Positions 62,405 through 64,000 of a stretch of 64,000 nt of DNA are shown here, one piece after another. Source of the stretch: Monocercomonoides exilis PA203 (taxonomy: Eukaryota > Protista > Preaxostyla); the NCBI GenBank assembly GCA_001643675.2, contig LSRY02000051.1:434001-498000 (forward strand). Reading direction: 5' to 3'. Position 1 is the first letter of the stretch. The number at the start of each line of letters is the position of its first letter. The translations under genes and the position numbers were made by a program. Below the pieces are notes generated by a model. That model did not search any database. It was not told where the DNA came from and was given only the letters and a program-made list of their open reading frames with translations.

Positions 62405-64000
62405 TTAAATATCATCTGCATCCTCTTCGTCTGATTGTGCAGATCCACTTGTGTCTTCATCTTCATCTTCAGCATTGTTTTCGCTTTGATCTCCAGTCTG
62501 GTTATTATCAAGTTGTTGTTCGTTTTGAGAAGGTGAAAGAGGTATGTTTGACTCGTTGTCGCATGCAGGACACGACAAAAGAGGAAGATTAGTCAATGAA
62601 AAATCTGTTATTTCTGGCGGAATGCAAAAGCGGAATGGAAGAAGAGTTTCAACTGATATCGAAACTGTTGAAACCAGTTCATCCTAAAATTCATGAAAAA
62701 GCATGAGCAATTATTGAGGATAAGAAAATAAAAGGAAAGAATAAAATTTTGATATTCCATTACTCTATAAAATCACAAATAAAATGCAAACATTTGCATA
62801 ATTTTCAATTAATAAAAAAACAAAAAATATTTTATTTAATTTCTTTTTCTCTTTTTAGTAGTCCAACTCATTTCCATACTGGGTCATCTACAGACATCAT
62901 TTTCATGTCATATGCGTATGTTGAGTAATGCTGAATCAAATCAGAAAAATTCAGTCTGCCTTCAGCAATGCATTTCGCTTTCAGATCGACTGTGTACAGC
63001 TCAAAGCGGACGAAGTGAGCATCAAGATAATGAAAGAAATACGGTGTGCAGTCACAAGTGTATCTGTGAATAAACAAGAAATTGAGCAGAAGAAGAAAGA
63101 TATTGAAGAGGAATAATTGAGAAATTTGGAGGGAAAAAATTATTTTAATGTAAAAAGATACAAAAATTATCAATAAAAAATAAAGAATGCCATTAATTTG
63201 CAGAATAAGATTTTAATTCGTTGTTTAAAAGTTAGAAGTCAATCATCTTTCTATTTCTCCAAATTTCTTGTTGAAGAATGCGTACTTTGCAACAAATTTA
63301 TATTCAGGATTCATCCCTTCCACAATAGGTGTTTTTTGTGAATCAAACATAAAAAAGTCCACAGAAAGAAATGTTTTGATGCCAGTTGAATTAAACGACG
63401 AAGCAGAGGAGGAAGAGGCAGAAGATGGTGAAATGGCTGATGTGGTTGAATCGTTAGCTCCTGTTCCTTCTTTCTCATTTTCAAGTCCTTCTTCGCCTGC
63501 TCTTCCGCCTCTCTTCATGCGCTTTCTCATCTTTTCGAAGAATTCCTCGTTCATCTCAGCTGTGTCCATGCAGATTATCAGCATGTTCTGTCCGTCTACG
63601 ACTGAGTGGTCATCACAATCAGGATCAGAAAGATAAAACGGATGCGATGAAAGACGCTTCGACATTGCTTCTATCTCATTGGAGAGCTTGTTCTGACGCA
63701 TTGTTCAAGAAAAAAAATAATTGAAATAAAAAATATTGTTCGCAAAATCGAAAAGAAAAGAAAAGAAAAAGAAAGAAAGAAAGCATAGAAAATAAGATTC
63801 AAAATGCAAGAATATATCAACATTGACGCATTAATGAAATATCCTTTCACAAACATAATTCTCGACTGACTGTTCATGCTGTTGCTTCAGTTGAATGCAT
63901 TCCTCTTCTTTTTCTTTTAACGCTGAGTAAGAATTTCATGTTTGACGCAAACAATAGAGAATTTCAAAAATTATGATAAAAACAAAAAAAATGTGCTAAA
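62405..64000 (-). CDS. 3' part of an RPGRIP1L/MKS5-like coiled-coil plus C2-domain ciliary transition-zone protein (5' end outside window)
   Basis: Spliced segment GQNMLIICMDTAEM...TFLSVDFFMFDSQKTPIVEGMNPEYKFVAK/YTCDCTPYFFHYLDAHFVRFELY resembles the first C2 domain of RPGRIP1L. Last exon 62683-62405 ends in TAA. Confidence 0.6.

Noticed and set aside
1-64000. TAA/TAG-to-Gln reassignment as known in some oxymonads and diplomonads, to explain broken ORFs
   Set aside because: Conserved genes (cyclophilin, copine) end at TAA in the expected place, ORFs of 1500-2600 codons contain no TAR, and pseudogene breaks include frameshifts and TGA.

Overview
AT-rich, intron-containing eukaryotic genomic DNA read with the standard code (TAA/TAG/TGA all end genes). 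Short GT-AG introns, poly-Ser/Glu low-complexity tracts, Pmp-like surface-protein families and a NEK-ARM-SPRY kinase fit an oxymonad such as Monocercomonoides (inference, not tested). Genes reconstructed by hand-splicing: CAF1/POP2 deadenylase with a long C-terminal extension, an ASCC2-like protein, a 30-aa PPEWMRH tandem-repeat protein, two large coiled-coil proteins, a cyclophilin, a 9-exon RGLG-type copine/vWA protein missed by the ORF track, a DHHC palmitoyltransferase, a NEK-type kinase with ARM and SPRY-like regions, and the 3' part of an RPGRIP1L/MKS5-like C2 protein. Five members of a GGA/FxxC(N) beta-helix surface-protein family are present: two intact (574 aa and about 2699 aa) and three broken. 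The most notable signals are a GC-richer 1758-bp module bounded by identical 200-bp direct repeats inside the giant surface gene, the unassigned 30-aa repeat protein, and frequent GTTTG 5' splice sites. No rRNA, tRNA, CRISPR or recognisable transposase was seen.
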